Shown: one piece after another, positions 1 through 11,858 of the stretch
How the letters are laid out: each line of letters opens with the position of its first letter
How positions within the stretch are numbered: position 1 is the first letter of the stretch
Source of the DNA: Squalus acanthias
Lineage: Eukaryota
Reading direction: 5' to 3'
NCBI GenBank assembly: GCA_030390025.1
Contig: CM059425.1
Location: 215,636,001-215,700,000, forward strand
DNA: 64,000 nt
The notes under the pieces: generated by a model
Seen by the model: the letters and a program-made list of their open reading frames with translations, nothing else
Database searches by the model: none
Told to the model about the DNA's origin: nothing
Translations under genes and position numbers: made by a program

Positions 1-57
1 ACCCGGGTCCCTGGCGCTGTGAGGCACCAGTGCTAACCACTATGCCACCGTGTTGCC
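1..57 (-). mobile_element. 5' tRNA-like head of an HE1/V-SINE-type SINE (continues beyond the window start)
   Basis: Reverse complement reads GGCAACACGGTGGCATAGTGGTTAGCACTGGTGCCTCACAGCGCCAGGGACCCGGGT, the same head as the full copies at 6835, 26580 and 46488. Confidence 0.85.
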
Positions 58-1116
58 GTTAGAAGAGTTCTGGGAGAGATGTGCACCGATTTGGGAGGCA
101 ACACGTTCAAGGACTTTGGAGAGGAAAGGGAAATTGGAGATGGGGTGGTAGTTTGCAAGGGGTCAAGGGTTGATTTTTTGAGGAGAGGGGTGATGACAGC
201 AGATTTGAAGGAGAGGGGGACAGTACCTGAGGAGAGAGAACCGTTAATAATATCCGCTAACATGGGAGCCAGAAAAGGAAGTAGGGTGGTCAGCAGTTTA
301 GTGTGAATAGGATTGAGGGAGCAGGAAGTGAGTCTCATGGACAAGATGAGCTTGGAGAGGGAATGAGGGGTGTTCAGAGAGAAACTGGAGAAAGATGCGA
401 GCTCAGGGCACGGGCAGGGGGGCACCTTAGAAGAAGTTTGGCCTGGTGGGCTAGGCGAAGAAAGTGAAGTGGCAGAGGCAACTGATCGGATGCTCTCAAT
501 CTTAGTGACAAAGTCGTCCATGAGCTCCTCACACTTGTTGTTGGAGGTGAGAGTGGAGGGGACAGGGGAGAGGGGCTTAAGAAGACGGTTTACAGTAGAG
601 AAAAGAAGTCGGGGGTTATCTTTGCGTTCCAGAATAATCCTGGAATAGTGAGCAGTTTTGGTAGACGAGAGCAGGACCCAAAAGTGCTTTATGTGATCCA
701 GCCAGATCTGGCGGTGAATGGCTAAACCAGTTGTCAGCCATATCCATTTAAGTCTGCGTCCCTTGGACTTAAGGGAGTGCAGATGAGGGCCATACCGGGG
801 GGAATGGCCAGGGCGAGAGAGAGTAAAGGTTTTGATGGGGATAGGGCTTCAAAGGTGGTGAAGGTGTGGTTGAGCAGATCGTGGTGAATGGAGGGCCAAA
901 GGCTAGACAGTTGGGATTTTGAAAGTGCAGTTGTAAGTGAGCTGGGAGAGAGTTTTTTCCAAGTGCGGACACAGAAGGAAGTAGGGATGGGAGGGGGAAG
1001 GGGGATGTGGGTGGAGAGCGATACGAGGAAGCGGTCAGAGATGGCCTTATCTGTGATTGACATGATGGGAGTAGCGAGGACATGTGAGATGGCAAGGTCA
1101 AGGGGGTGGCCGTGAA
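58..1116 (-). mobile_element. L2-clade LINE ORF2 fragment (between endonuclease and RT), decayed
   Basis: Minus-strand peptides TSCSLNPIHTKLL, LADIINGSLSSGTVPLSFKSAVITPLLKK and GHPLDLA; frameshifted; joins 1965-2440 across a CR1 insertion. Confidence 0.85.
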
Positions 1117-1966
1117 CTAGATGCACTATAATGTGGACAAGTGCGAAGTTATCCACCTTGGGTGCAGGAACGGGAGGGCAAATTATTATTTAAATGGCAA
1201 TAAATTGGGAGAGGGGGAAGTACAGAGAGACCTGGGTGTTCTTGTACACCAGTCACTGAAGGCGAGCATGCAGGTACAACAGGCGGTCAAGAAGGCAAAT
1301 GGTATGCTGGCCTTCATAGCAAAAGGGTTGGAATACAGGAACAGGGATACCTTGCTGCAGCTGTACAGGGCACTGGTGAGACCACACCTCGAGTACTGTG
1401 TACAGTTTTGGTCGCCTCATCTGAGGAAAGATGTTCTTGCCATGGAGGGGGTGCAGCGGCGATTCACCAGGCTGATACCAGGAATGGCGGGATTGACCTA
1501 TGAGGAGAGACTATGTAGTTTAGGGATGTACACACTGGAGTTTAGAAGATTGAGAGGGGACCTCATAGAAGTGTATAAAATTCTGACAGGTCTAGACAGA
1601 CTAGATGCAGAAGGAATGTTTCCCTTGGCGGGTGAGAACAGAACTAGAGGACATAATTTAAGGATAAGGGCTAAACCATTTAGGACAGAAATGAGGGGGA
1701 ATTTCTTCACTCAGAGGGTGGTGAACCTGTGGAACTCATTGCCACAGAGGGCAGTGTACGCCAGCTCATTAAATATATTTAAGAGGGAATTAGATATATT
1801 TCTACAGGCAAAAGGGGTTAAGGGTTACGGAGAGAAGGCGGGGACGGGATACTGAATTGGAGGATCAGCCATGATCTCATTAAATGGCGGAGCAGGCTCG
1901 AAGGGCCGGATGGCCTACTCCTGCTCCTATCTTCTATGTATCTATGTATCTATGTATGTATCTATG
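1117..1966 (+). mobile_element. CR1 LINE, 5'-truncated (ORF2 C-terminus, 3' UTR, (TCTATGTA)n tail), inserted in L2
   Basis: ORF 1121-1855 with YNVDKCEVIHLG, LVRPHLEYCVQFWSP and RTRGHNLRI; 8-bp tandem tail; TGAA at both junctions (1113-1116, 1965-1968) restores L2 PTHIHGHPLDLA. Confidence 0.95.
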
Positions 1967-2440
1967 AATATGGGTTGGGGAGTTTACATGGAGGGAGAGA
2001 TTAAGGGAGGATAGGAGGACAGTCAACTCAGAGGAGAGAGAGCATGATGAATTGAGATGGAGGTTGAAATCACTGAGGATGAGAAGTCGTTCAGTGCAGA
2101 GGCTGAGGGAGGAAAGCAGTGAAGATATTTTGGTGAGAACATTTTTATGGTACTTAGGTGGGTGGTAGAGAACGAGGATTTTAACTGAGAGGTGGAAGGA
2201 GTGGAACAAGGTGAGATGCTCAAAGGAGGAGAAAGTGCCAGAGGAGTAGGGGGACAGACCAAGGTGTGATCTGGTGATAAGAGCCACACCACCACCCCGA
2301 CGGTCTGGGCGGGGCAAGTGGTGGAATGTATAGCCAGGCTTCGAGGGAAGGTGTCATCACCCCTCAGCCAGGTTTCCATCAAGGCCATGATGTCGATGCA
2401 ATCATCCACGATAAGCTCATGGATGGCAAGGGCCTTGATA
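1965..2440 (-). mobile_element. L2 LINE APE endonuclease region (continuation of 58-1116)
   Basis: Motifs ALMETWL, RRGGGVALI, LYHPP and LILSDFNLH. Confidence 0.85.
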
Positions 2441-3097
2441 TGTGTAAGAGTCAGGTCTGTAGACGATGCTCGACTACTACAGGCAGATCTAGATGTGCTG
2501 GGGGATTGGGCTCCTAACTGGAAAATGATGTTTAACTTAGAAAAGTGCAGCGTTATGCATGTGGGCATGGCAAATGCTAAACATACGTCTACACTTCAGT
2601 GAGAAGTACTAAAGTCAGTGAAGAAAGAGAGATCTGGGCATTCTAGTGCATAAATCTCTAAAGATTCATGAGAAATGCAGTGAAGAAATAGCTAGAGCAA
2701 ATATAGTTCTAGGCTGTATTTATAGGACAATTTACTAAACAAAGCATACTATTTATCCTTGTACAAGACCCTGGTTAGGTCTCAGTTAGAATACTGTCTC
2801 CAGTTTTGGTCTCCTCACATGATGGGTTACATTGAGGCTTTGGAAAGGGTGCAGAGGAGGACCACTGGACTAATTCCCAGTTTGAAGCATCTTGGTTACC
2901 AAGTTAGGCTCAAATAGCTAAGGCTCTACACTTTAGAGAAATGTAGACTTGGGTGTTATTTGACCAAGGTTTATAAGATGAAGAAGGGAATATATGGTAC
3001 AAAAGCAAAATACTGCGGAAGCTGGAAATCTGAAATAAAAACAGAAAATGCTGGAAATGCTCAGCAGGTCAGGCAGCATCTGTAGAGAGAGAAACAG

Positions 3098-3134
3098 AGT
3101 TAACTTTTCAGGTCGATGACCCTTCGTCAGAACT
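3098..3134 (-). ncRNA. Minimal type I hammerhead ribozyme motif in Penelope pLTR (helix III mutated)
   Basis: Minus strand AGTT-CTGACGA-A-GGGTC-ATC-GACCT-GAAA-AGTT-AACT; the other copies have GAAACGTT. Confidence 0.55.
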
Positions 3135-4133
3135 GGAAAAAATTGGAGATGTAACAGGTTTTTAAGCAAGTGTAGGGGCAGGGAGAGAGGGGAGGGGAGG
3201 AAAGAACAAAAGGGAAGGTCTGTGATAGGCTGGACGGCAGGAGAGATTAAGAGACAAAAGAGATGATGGTGCAAGGCAAAAGGAGATGGTAATGGGACAA
3301 GTTAAGAAACAAAAGATGACTCTAGATAAAGTGTAAATGGCAATGGCCGAATGATCAACAGCTGCCATGTGAGAGAGAGAGAAAAAATGATAGGGGCAGA
3401 GGTTATGGTCTGAAATTGTTGAACTCAATGTTGAGTCCAGAAGGCTGTAAAGTGCCTAATCGAAAGATGAGGTGCTGTTCCTCGAGCTTACATTGAGCTT
3501 CATTGGAACAGTGTAAGAGCCGAGGACAGAGAGATCAGAGTGGGAGTGGAGCAGAGAATTAAAGTGACAAGCGACTGGAAGCTCGGGGTCACTCTTACGG
3601 ACTGAACGGAGGTGTTCTGCAAAGCGGTCACCCAATCTGCGTTTTTTCTCCCCAGTGTAGAGGAGACCGCATTGTGAGCAGCGAATACAGTATACTAAAT
3701 TGCAAGAAGTACAAGTAAATCGCTGTTTCACCTGGAAGGAGTGTTTGGGGCCCTGGACAGTGGGAAGGGAGGAAGTAAAAGGGCAGGTGTTGCATCTCCT
3801 GTGCTTGCACGGGAAGGTGCCGGGCGAAGGGGAAGGGGTGTTGGGGGTGGTAGAGGAGTAGACCAAGGTGTCGCGGAGTGAGCGGTCAGTTCGGAATGCT
3901 GAAAGGGCAGGGGAGGGGAAGATGTGTTTGATGGTGGGATCATGCTGGAGGTGGCGGAAATGGCGGAGGATGATCCGTTGAATGTGGAGGCTGATGGAGT
4001 GAAAGGTGAGGACAAGGGGAACCCTATCGTGGTTCCGGGAGGGAAGGGAATGGGTGAGAGCAGAAGTATGGGAAATAGAATGGACACGGTCAAGGGCCAT
4101 GTCAACCACAGTAGAGGGGAATCCTCGGTTGAG

Positions 4134-4635
4134 GAAACATAGAAACACAGATTCATAGAAGATAGGAGCAGGAGTAGGCCATTCGGCCCCTCGAGCCTGC
4201 TCCGCCATTCGATGAGATCATGGCTGATCATCCAAACTCAGTACCCTGTACCTGCCTTCTCCCCATATCTCTTGATACCTTTAGCTTTAAGAAATATATC
4301 TAACTCATACTTGAATATATTTAATGACTTGGCCTCAACTACCTTCTGTGGTAGAGAATTCCACAGGTTCACCACTCTCTGGGTGAAGAAATTCTTCCTC
4401 ATTTCTGTCCTAAATGGCTTACCCCTATCCTTAGATTATGACCCCTGGTTCTGGACTCTCCGACCATCGGGAACATTCTTCCTGCATCTAGTTTGTCCAG
4501 ACCTGTCAGAATTTTATATGTTTCGATGAGATCCCCTCATTCTTCTATACTCCAGCGAGTATAAGCCTAATCGACCCAATCTCTCCTCATATGTCATTCC
4601 TGCCATCCTAGGTATCAGCCTTGTGAATCTTGTGA
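4134..4635 (-). mobile_element. CR1 LINE 3' fragment nested in Penelope
   Basis: Reverse complement of the CR1 3' UTR and tail (GAAACATAGAA...AGGAGCAGGAGTAGGCCATTCGGCCC); the Penelope frame resumes on both sides. Confidence 0.9.
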
Positions 4636-5369
4636 AAAAGGAAGACATGTTGGAAGCACTAGTATGGAAGGTGGCATCATCAGAACAGATGCGGCGGAGA
4701 CGGAGAAACTGGGAGAATGGAATAGAGTATTTACAGGAAGCGGGGTAAGCTCGAGGAACAGCACCTCATCTTTCGATTAGGCACTTTACAGCCTTCTGGA
4801 CTCAACATCGAGTTCAACAATTTCAGACCATAACCTCTGCCCCTATCATTTTTTTTCTCTCTCTCACATGGCAGCTGTTGATCATTTGGGCCAAAATGCT
4901 CTCCTGGACTAGTTTTGATCACCTAAGGGGATCAAGTCAGAGAGAAATTTTCCAGATTTTTTTTTCCTTAATTGGCCTGGGTTTTTATCTGGTTTTCACC
5001 TCTCCCAGGAGATTACATGGCTTTCGGGTTCGGTGGGGAGTGCATATATTGTGATGCACAAGGCATTGCAGTTGTGCGGGACAGGTTGGTTGGGCCAGTG
5101 GGTCTTTACCTGTCTGTCATTGTTCGTATGTTCATATAATTTTCAATCTCAAACAGGCCAACAGGATGGCCAGTGTGAGAAAAGGAAACATTCATAGTGC
5201 AGGAAGGGTTGTTTATCTGAAACTGGGATTAAGGCAGATTATTTGAGAGAGCTGCAGTGCTGATCTCCTGGAAAAACACAATGGGTGCAAAATAATTAGG
5301 TGAAAAAGTAAGTATTTTTGATGATTTGCAGTGTATAAATACAGGGTCGAAACATTCAGATTTAACAGA

Positions 5370-6274
5370 TATGTTAATGACTTAGACTAGGTTGTACAGG
5401 GCACAATTTCAAAATTTGCAGATGACACAAAACTTGGAAGTATAGTGAACAGTGAGGAGGATAGTGATAGACTTCAAGAGGACATTGACAGGCTGGTGGA
5501 GTGGGCGGACACGTGGCAGATGAAATTTAACGCAGAGAAGTGCGAAGTGATACATTTTGGTCGGAAGAACGAGGAGAGGCAATATAAACTAAAGTATACA
5601 ATTCTAAAGTGGGTGCATGAACAGAGAGACCTGGGGGTATATGTGCGCAAATCGTTGAAAGTGGCAGGGCAGGTTGAGAAAGCGGTTAAAAAAGCATACG
5701 GGATCCTGAGCTTCATAAATAGAGGCATAGAGTACAAAAGCAAGGAAGTTAGGATGAACCTTTATAAAACACTGGTACGGCCTCAACTGGAGTATTATAT
5801 CCAATTCTGGGCACCGCACTTTAGGAAGGATGTGAAAGCCTTAGAGAGGGTGCAGAAAAGATTTACAAGAATGGTTCTAGGGATGAGGGACTTCAGTTAC
5901 TTGGATAGACTGGAGAAGCTGGGGTTGTTCTCCTTAGAGCAGAGAAGGTTGAGAGGAAATTTGATAGAGGTGTTCAAAATCATGAGGGGTCTGGACAAAG
6001 TAGATAGAGAGAAACTGTTCCCATTGGCTGAAGGATCGAGAACCAGAGGACACAGATTTAAGGTGATTCGCAGAAGAACCAAAGGTGACAGGAGGGAAAA
6101 CGTTTTTACATAGCAAGTGGATAAGATCTGGAATGCACTGCCTGAAAGGGTGGTGGAGGCAGATTCAATCGTGGCTTTCAAAAGGGAATTGGATAAGTAC
6201 CTAAAAGAAAAAAAATTTGCAGGGCTACGGAGAAAGGGCGGGTGAGTGGGACTAGCTGAAGTGCTCTTGCAGAG
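5370..6274 (+). mobile_element. CR1 LINE ORF2 3' fragment (second subfamily)
   Basis: SKFADDTKL just upstream of ORF 5445-6113 (WQMKFNAEKCEVIHFG, LVRPQLEY, RTRGHRFKV); same subfamily as 60050-63120. Confidence 0.92.
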
Positions 6275-6554
6275 ATTAATTTGAAAAGATCAATAATAAA
6301 TATATTGCACATTCCTAGAGGTGGGCACTACATTTGATTTATTTTTAGCTTAAAAGTGGTTTAAAATAATCGTAGTAACAGGCTGAAAGCTTGTTTTTAT
6401 GATGAGGTTGCTCTTGTAGAACTTGTTACTGGTCCTTCAGATCATCTATTGCTGAGGTGTCTAACTTGCAGTCATAGGGCCGCATGCAGTCTCCAAAACC
6501 AGACAATCTGGCCCTCGAAGCCCAAGCTACTTGGTCCTATTTGCATTTATTATT

Positions 6555-6720
6555 AGAACATAACAATATAAGAAATAAGAGCAGGAGTAGGCCATACGGC
6601 CCCTCAATAAGATCATGGCTGATCATCGACCTCAACTCCACTTTCCCGCCCGATCTCCATATCCCTTGATTCCCCATGAGTCCAAAAATCTATCTATCTC
6701 AGCCTTACCTATCTATCTAT
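6555..6720 (-). mobile_element. CR1 3' UTR/tail fragment
   Basis: AGAACATAA...GAGCAGGAGTAGGCCAT...GATCATGGCTGATC. Confidence 0.7.
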
Positions 6721-6834
6721 TTATTTGCTGCTTTGTCCTGTTTTGGATTTTGAGGGCCTTGGACAATTGAAAAGGGTTGTTTTTACTACTGTTGCCTCAC
6801 TAGTGGATAAATCCTAAATCAGAACACTAAGACG

Positions 6835-7242
6835 GGCAACACGGTGGCATAGTGGTTAGCACTGGTGCCTCACAGTGCCAGGGACCCGGGTTCGAATCTG
6901 ACCTCGGGTGACTGTCTGTGTGGAGTTTGCACATTCTCCCCGTGTCTGCGTGGGTTTCCTCCCACAGTCCAAAAATGTGTGGGTTAGGTTGATTTGGCTA
7001 TGATAAATTGACCCTTAGTGTTAGGGGGGGATTAAATATGTGGGGTTATGGGGATAGGATGGGATATGTTAGGGGAATTAAATACGTGGGGTTACGGGGG
7101 TAGGGTGGGATATGTGTACTGTGGGGATTAAAGCAGGGACAGGGTACTGGATTTGGATGATCAGCCATGATCGTATTGAATGGTGGAGCAGGCTCGACGG
7201 GCAGAATGGCCTACTCCTGCTCCTAGATTCTATGTTTCTATG
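6835..7242 (+). mobile_element. HE1/V-SINE-type tRNA-derived SINE with CR1-derived tail
   Basis: Pol III A box (TGGCATAGTGG) and B box (GGTTCGAATC), V-domain TGTGTGGAGTTTGCACATTCTCCCCGTGTCTGCGTGGGTTTCCTCC, and a 3' end matching the CR1 UTR with a TTCTATGT tail. Confidence 0.9.
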
Positions 7243-8035
7243 TGTAAGAATCTGCAGCTCCAAATATGTGCAAATTAATGGGAACATAGATTTAAACTTT
7301 ATTTGAAGCCCCCAAGACACCGTGGTATGTACCTATGCGGTTCATGAAGACAAAAGCTTGGACATCTCCGATCTATTGTATAACTAACCGTAATGCTGCA
7401 TTTATATTGTAGGAGCATTTGAATGTGTAAAGATGGAATATTTGAGATAAATATTCCAGACGTATCTTGAGCACCATAGACACTGTTTGCTTTAATCGTG
7501 GACTGAAAATATTTTTTACCCTCACTCACATGGCTATGATCTGAGTGCTGTCTGTCTAAAGACTAACTTAAGTGCCTAAACTTCCCTGCTCTGCTCACTG
7601 AAATATTGATCAGACATACTTCCAGTGTAGAAATCCCAAACACAGTAAGTGAACTATTGGTAAATTTTCACCTGGGTGGTGGTCATTAACTTGACTCAGA
7701 TCAAACTAAGGCCAAGTTATGGTTTGGGTGAAAAGAGTTGAATTAAACAAAAAAAACTAACTTTAATCACTTTTATCCATTTCAAAAGTTTTATTTGGGG
7801 TAACACCCATAGGAAAAAAAATACAAAAAAAGTTCACTCCAGGTGCTGCAGTTTTATGACAGTTATTTCACAGCAATATAATCTACATTTCTAATCAATT
7901 CCAGTCCTAGAACTTTGGCCAAGTTTAAAAAATAAGCCTCATTAGCAAAGACCTTAAAGCATTTTTCTGTTTCTGATTATATAAAAAAGTAGCACAAGTA
8001 CTCAGTAATAATAGTAAAACAAGTGGAAAAACTGC

Positions 8036-8041
8036 TTTATT
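8036..8041 (-). terminator. Candidate distal polyadenylation signal (AATAAA) of GLIS3
   Basis: Minus strand TGTACTGAAAAATAAAGCAGTTTTTCCACTTGTTTTAC; alternative AATAAA sites near 7790, 11017 and 11865. Confidence 0.5.
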
Positions 8042-11000
8042 TTTCAGTACATCCTTTACTGGTGCATTTCAGTTGTTTAAGTGCTGACAGATTTCCAGTT
8101 TCAATCTTGTACCATTTTCAGGGAAACAATTCGGAGATTTATTTTGTGCCCGAAGTAGTGAACTATTATAGCAAAAGAATAATATAAACATGAGGAAAAA
8201 ATAATTTATCAAAGTTGTAATAAACCACAAGACTACATTATACATGTTAATGAAGATGTAGCTATTAACCTATCCTGTTGAGAATTCAAGCTCTAGCCAC
8301 ACAATTTACAGGATGCCATAGTGTAGTATTGGACAAGAAAATCAACCAAATATACAATCAAATTTGCAGTTAAAAATCTACATGTGAAGATGTATGAAAT
8401 ATATACAAGCTCTATAAAACCATGCAAAAACATAATACATTTTCACATCATTTCCTATTCAAAAGTGCTTCCAGAACTATATTATGCAGAAAGCTCTAAC
8501 GTATGTACAAAATTGTTTTATTTAAAAATGTTTCTAACATGCAGAATTATTATATTTTGTTAGGCCAGTGAGGACAATGCAATGCCATCTAGGGGAAATG
8601 CAGCTAAAGAACCTTTTATCATGAAATATATAAACAATAGCAATCAAAGCTAGAAGGATGAGCAAAGCAGCATCTGAGCCAAACTGAACTGCAACATGGG
8701 AGTGTACAGGGGACAGAAATCTCGTCTGAGGAGAGTCACTTGTGTTATAGAAACCAGATTATATCTGACACACATCGGGCTGTCATAATTATGGAAATAT
8801 GGCACATGACTCCTCATTTATGATGCAACTTGCCAACTATTTTATGATGCTACTGTCACAATGGGTGCAAGGGACTGTTTAATCTTAAGAAACTGAAGTG
8901 AAGGATTAATGTCCCTACTGTAGGACCTGACAAAGGTTGAAAACAGTGGAATAGAAGATGAGATAGATTAATAGTGATACCAGGCTTGCATTTCAAAAGC
9001 CTGTAGATTGTGGAAGCATGGGAAAACTGAGGGAAGTAAGGAGTTCTACGGTTCTGAGGTCCTGCCAAAAATGAGCTAGAGAATGAGACAATGTAATAAT
9101 TCTTGATTTCAAAAGTCAAATAACTTGAGGCAACACAATTGTGTTGACTGCTAGGAGAATAATGTTCTGGGACATGAGTGAATGATTAATCTACATTCGA
9201 TCCCTGCTCTGCTACGTCCCTGATCTGGGCCACATTGAGCAGCGCCCCCAATGTGAGGGATGATAATTCAGCTGGGGCAGTCATACCTGGGAGTCTTACA
9301 TGATCAACAACAGAAGATTGGTAGGGAAAGTAGCAGGATGAGTGCCTGCTATCTCGGCAGCAGGGGCGTGAAGTCTAAGTGGACCTGAAGACAAAGTAAT
9401 TTACAACAAAAAAAAATTGTAAAAGGGAAGCTAAGAAAAAACAAATAACTGCACTCAAAAATAATTTTTAAAGTTACAGAAATTGCTTGTTCGTGGATGA
9501 TGAACAGAATATTGTGTGCAAAATGGAATATGAAGAGTATGTGATTTTTAAATTTGTTTGTGAGCTATCAGCCCTATCCAATGGCTAAAATGCCCTCAAT
9601 TTCTTTCTCCCACATGAAATGTCCTCCATTTCAAATGCTTGTGTGATTCTCAGACTGTATTAATAAAAGTCATATTTTCACAATGACGAATGACACAGTG
9701 AAGTGGTATCGTCAACGCATGCTAAAGAAGAGCTTTCATTACTTTACTTCAACTTTGGGTGTCGGCTTTAGCCAACTTTGGCATCTGATTTCAAACTTTA
9801 GGGCTTCTCAATGAATTCAGATTGTCAATGACAAAATTCTCACCAAAGTCAAAATCATCATTGAAACTGCAAAGGCACACCATTATTATAGGGCTTATGA
9901 TCCTTTTCCCAATCTACCTTCCCCTTCATTCTGTGTAAAATCATCACTTTAAAAAAAATGTAAACACAGAACACATCATGCAAACTTGTTATGCATGTGT
10001 TCTGAAGTTACTTCACTTATAAAACTAAAAATCCTTTCATATAGACCTTCCCCCACTCCACTAAGTATCCTCTGCGTATTTCCCTGTAACCCATTTAAAT
10101 GATCTAAACCCTATAAGATTGCACACATTATCCAATTTCTATGAAGCAAGCAATTTTCCTGAAATTAAACATTTGTCCCTTGTAGGTTTTTTATGGCAGT
10201 TTTGTTTTGTTCTGTTTGGATGTTGAGTCACTCATCCTAAAGGAGAAACATATTTTACTGAATTGTCACACAATCATAAATGTTATGAAGGGAGATTTCT
10301 GTATATTTACTGGTTTTTTCCAGTTGACCCTTCTGCTTATGTTTCATGCTTTTAGACTGCTGGTTGTTGGCAGTCTGGGTACAGACCCTTTGTGTAAAGC
10401 CTCCCCTGATGTGATATCATAAAATTCTGCTCCATTGCAAATGGGGTCAATGGACTGTAAGAATACATTCCTGTAATGTCACTAAAGCAGAACTTTTGTG
10501 ATGATACACCAGGAGAAACGGTAGACAAAATGGCTGCTCTTAGGCTGGCTTGAATGGGTGGTTTCAGTTCATAAAATATAGTGATTAGGGGCAACAGAAA
10601 CTTTGGTACGTGTACATATGACCCTTTGAGCAGAATACTGTTCCCCTTTAAACACATGTAATAATGTGTGAGAATAATTGTGAACATTCATGTGAATATG
10701 TCCACGTGGGGTATAAAGGGCAAGACACTCAATATTGTTCTACACTCTTACATTTTCATTTCTAATAATGGAAGCGGCCTGTATGGCACATTAGGAACAG
10801 AGTAGAATAATTCATACACTGCACACATTCAGGGTGTGGAAAATCAGAGTCTTATGGTACCATTCTGAGCACAGGATTATTTTAAAGGGATAGAAGACAC
10901 AAAAGGTGGTTTACAGTATACGGGTAAACTGGAGTTACCTCATTCCTCTGGACAATCCTTCTCCATGCATTTTGTGATTTCTGCACTAACATTCTACCTT

Positions 11001-11151
11001 AAAAGATATGATACTTTATTAAAAATAGTGCAGTGTGTGGGATGCTGTATTACACCTCATTTTTATTTGCATGTTAGAAATAGGACAATATAATTAAATT
11101 TGAAAATAAATAGAAAAGAAAGATGCAATTTTGCACTGTGTACTACATAAT

Positions 11152-11858
11152 GGGCCGGATCTTGCTGGACTGGGGCATCTTGCGACGTGCGCCATTAGAC
11201 TCTTTTCTGCTCCCTTCGCCTTGAAAATGTTTTGCGTCGTAACTTGCTGGAAGTGTAAGCTGATAACGGAGCGGCAAGGGCAATGGGGCATCTGGGACTT
11301 TAGTGAACGGCAGGACCAACAGTCTATCTCCTTAACCAATGAGATTTAAGGATTGAGAAAGAAACAGAGAAACAATGGAGAAGGAGGAATTAGAATCAAA
11401 TAAGGCACAGAAAGAGAAATAAAGAGGGAAAGGAAGATTGGATTAAGAGAGAGAAAAGGGACAGAGGAAAAGTAAGAGAAAAATAATGTAATTTTTTTTA
11501 CATTTTTAAAATCTCTAACAACAATTCACTACATGCAGGAAGGGGATTAAACAGTTTAAATGGTTCCCTTTCAGGGGCAGAGAGGTCGATTGGCATTGCA
11601 TTAACAATTATCACGTGGTTAAAAAGCTACTTATGCTGTTAAGTTCCAGCCCTAACTTTCTGTGACGAGTTTAATGTACAAATCCAGCAAGTTCTTAAAA
11701 ACAGGGAGGTTATTAGAGCAGCGTAAATCAACCAGCAAGTTCTGGAGATTCACAACTCATGGCATATCTCTTAATTCCCTGAATCTGCTGGCCGATTTGC
11801 ACATTAATAACGGCATGCATCGTTAACGCGCCGTTATTTTTCCACCAAGATCCGGCCC
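11152..11858. mobile_element. Non-autonomous PIF/Harbinger-type MITE (707 bp)
   Basis: 18-bp TIR GGGCCGGATCTTG(C/G)TGGA with one mismatch; 3-bp TSD AAT (11149-11151, 11859-11861). Confidence 0.85.

Larger units (their letters stand above)
2998..4890 (-). mobile_element. Penelope-like retroelement (RT C-terminus, GIY-YIG endonuclease, pLTR) with an inverted partial pLTR at 4747-4890
   Basis: ORF 3456-4208 contains FLNRGFP, VPLVLTFH, CKHRRCNTCP and NLVYCIRCSQCGLLYTGE-KRRLGDRFAEH; 4747-4886 is an inverted copy of about 3352-3489. Confidence 0.9.
2445..5135 (+). mobile_element. Older CR1-group LINE 3' part (about 2445-2995 coding; about 4891-5135 probable 3' UTR), split by a Penelope insertion
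   Basis: LQADLDVLGDWAPNWKMMFNLEKCSVMHVG and a decayed LVRSQLEYCLQFWSP; a CR1-like UTR ending TTCGTATGTTC resumes after the Penelope element. Linking the two parts is inference. Confidence 0.6.

Noticed and set aside
6835-6910. tRNA genes at SINE heads
   Set aside because: A and B boxes are present but run into the V-domain and LINE tail, so they are SINEs
8581-8598. CTCF-like motifs (TGCCATCTAGGGG here; CCTGTAGGTGGTGCTA at 12484-12499)
   Set aside because: Partial matches only, expected by chance in 64 kb; cannot be supported without ChIP data
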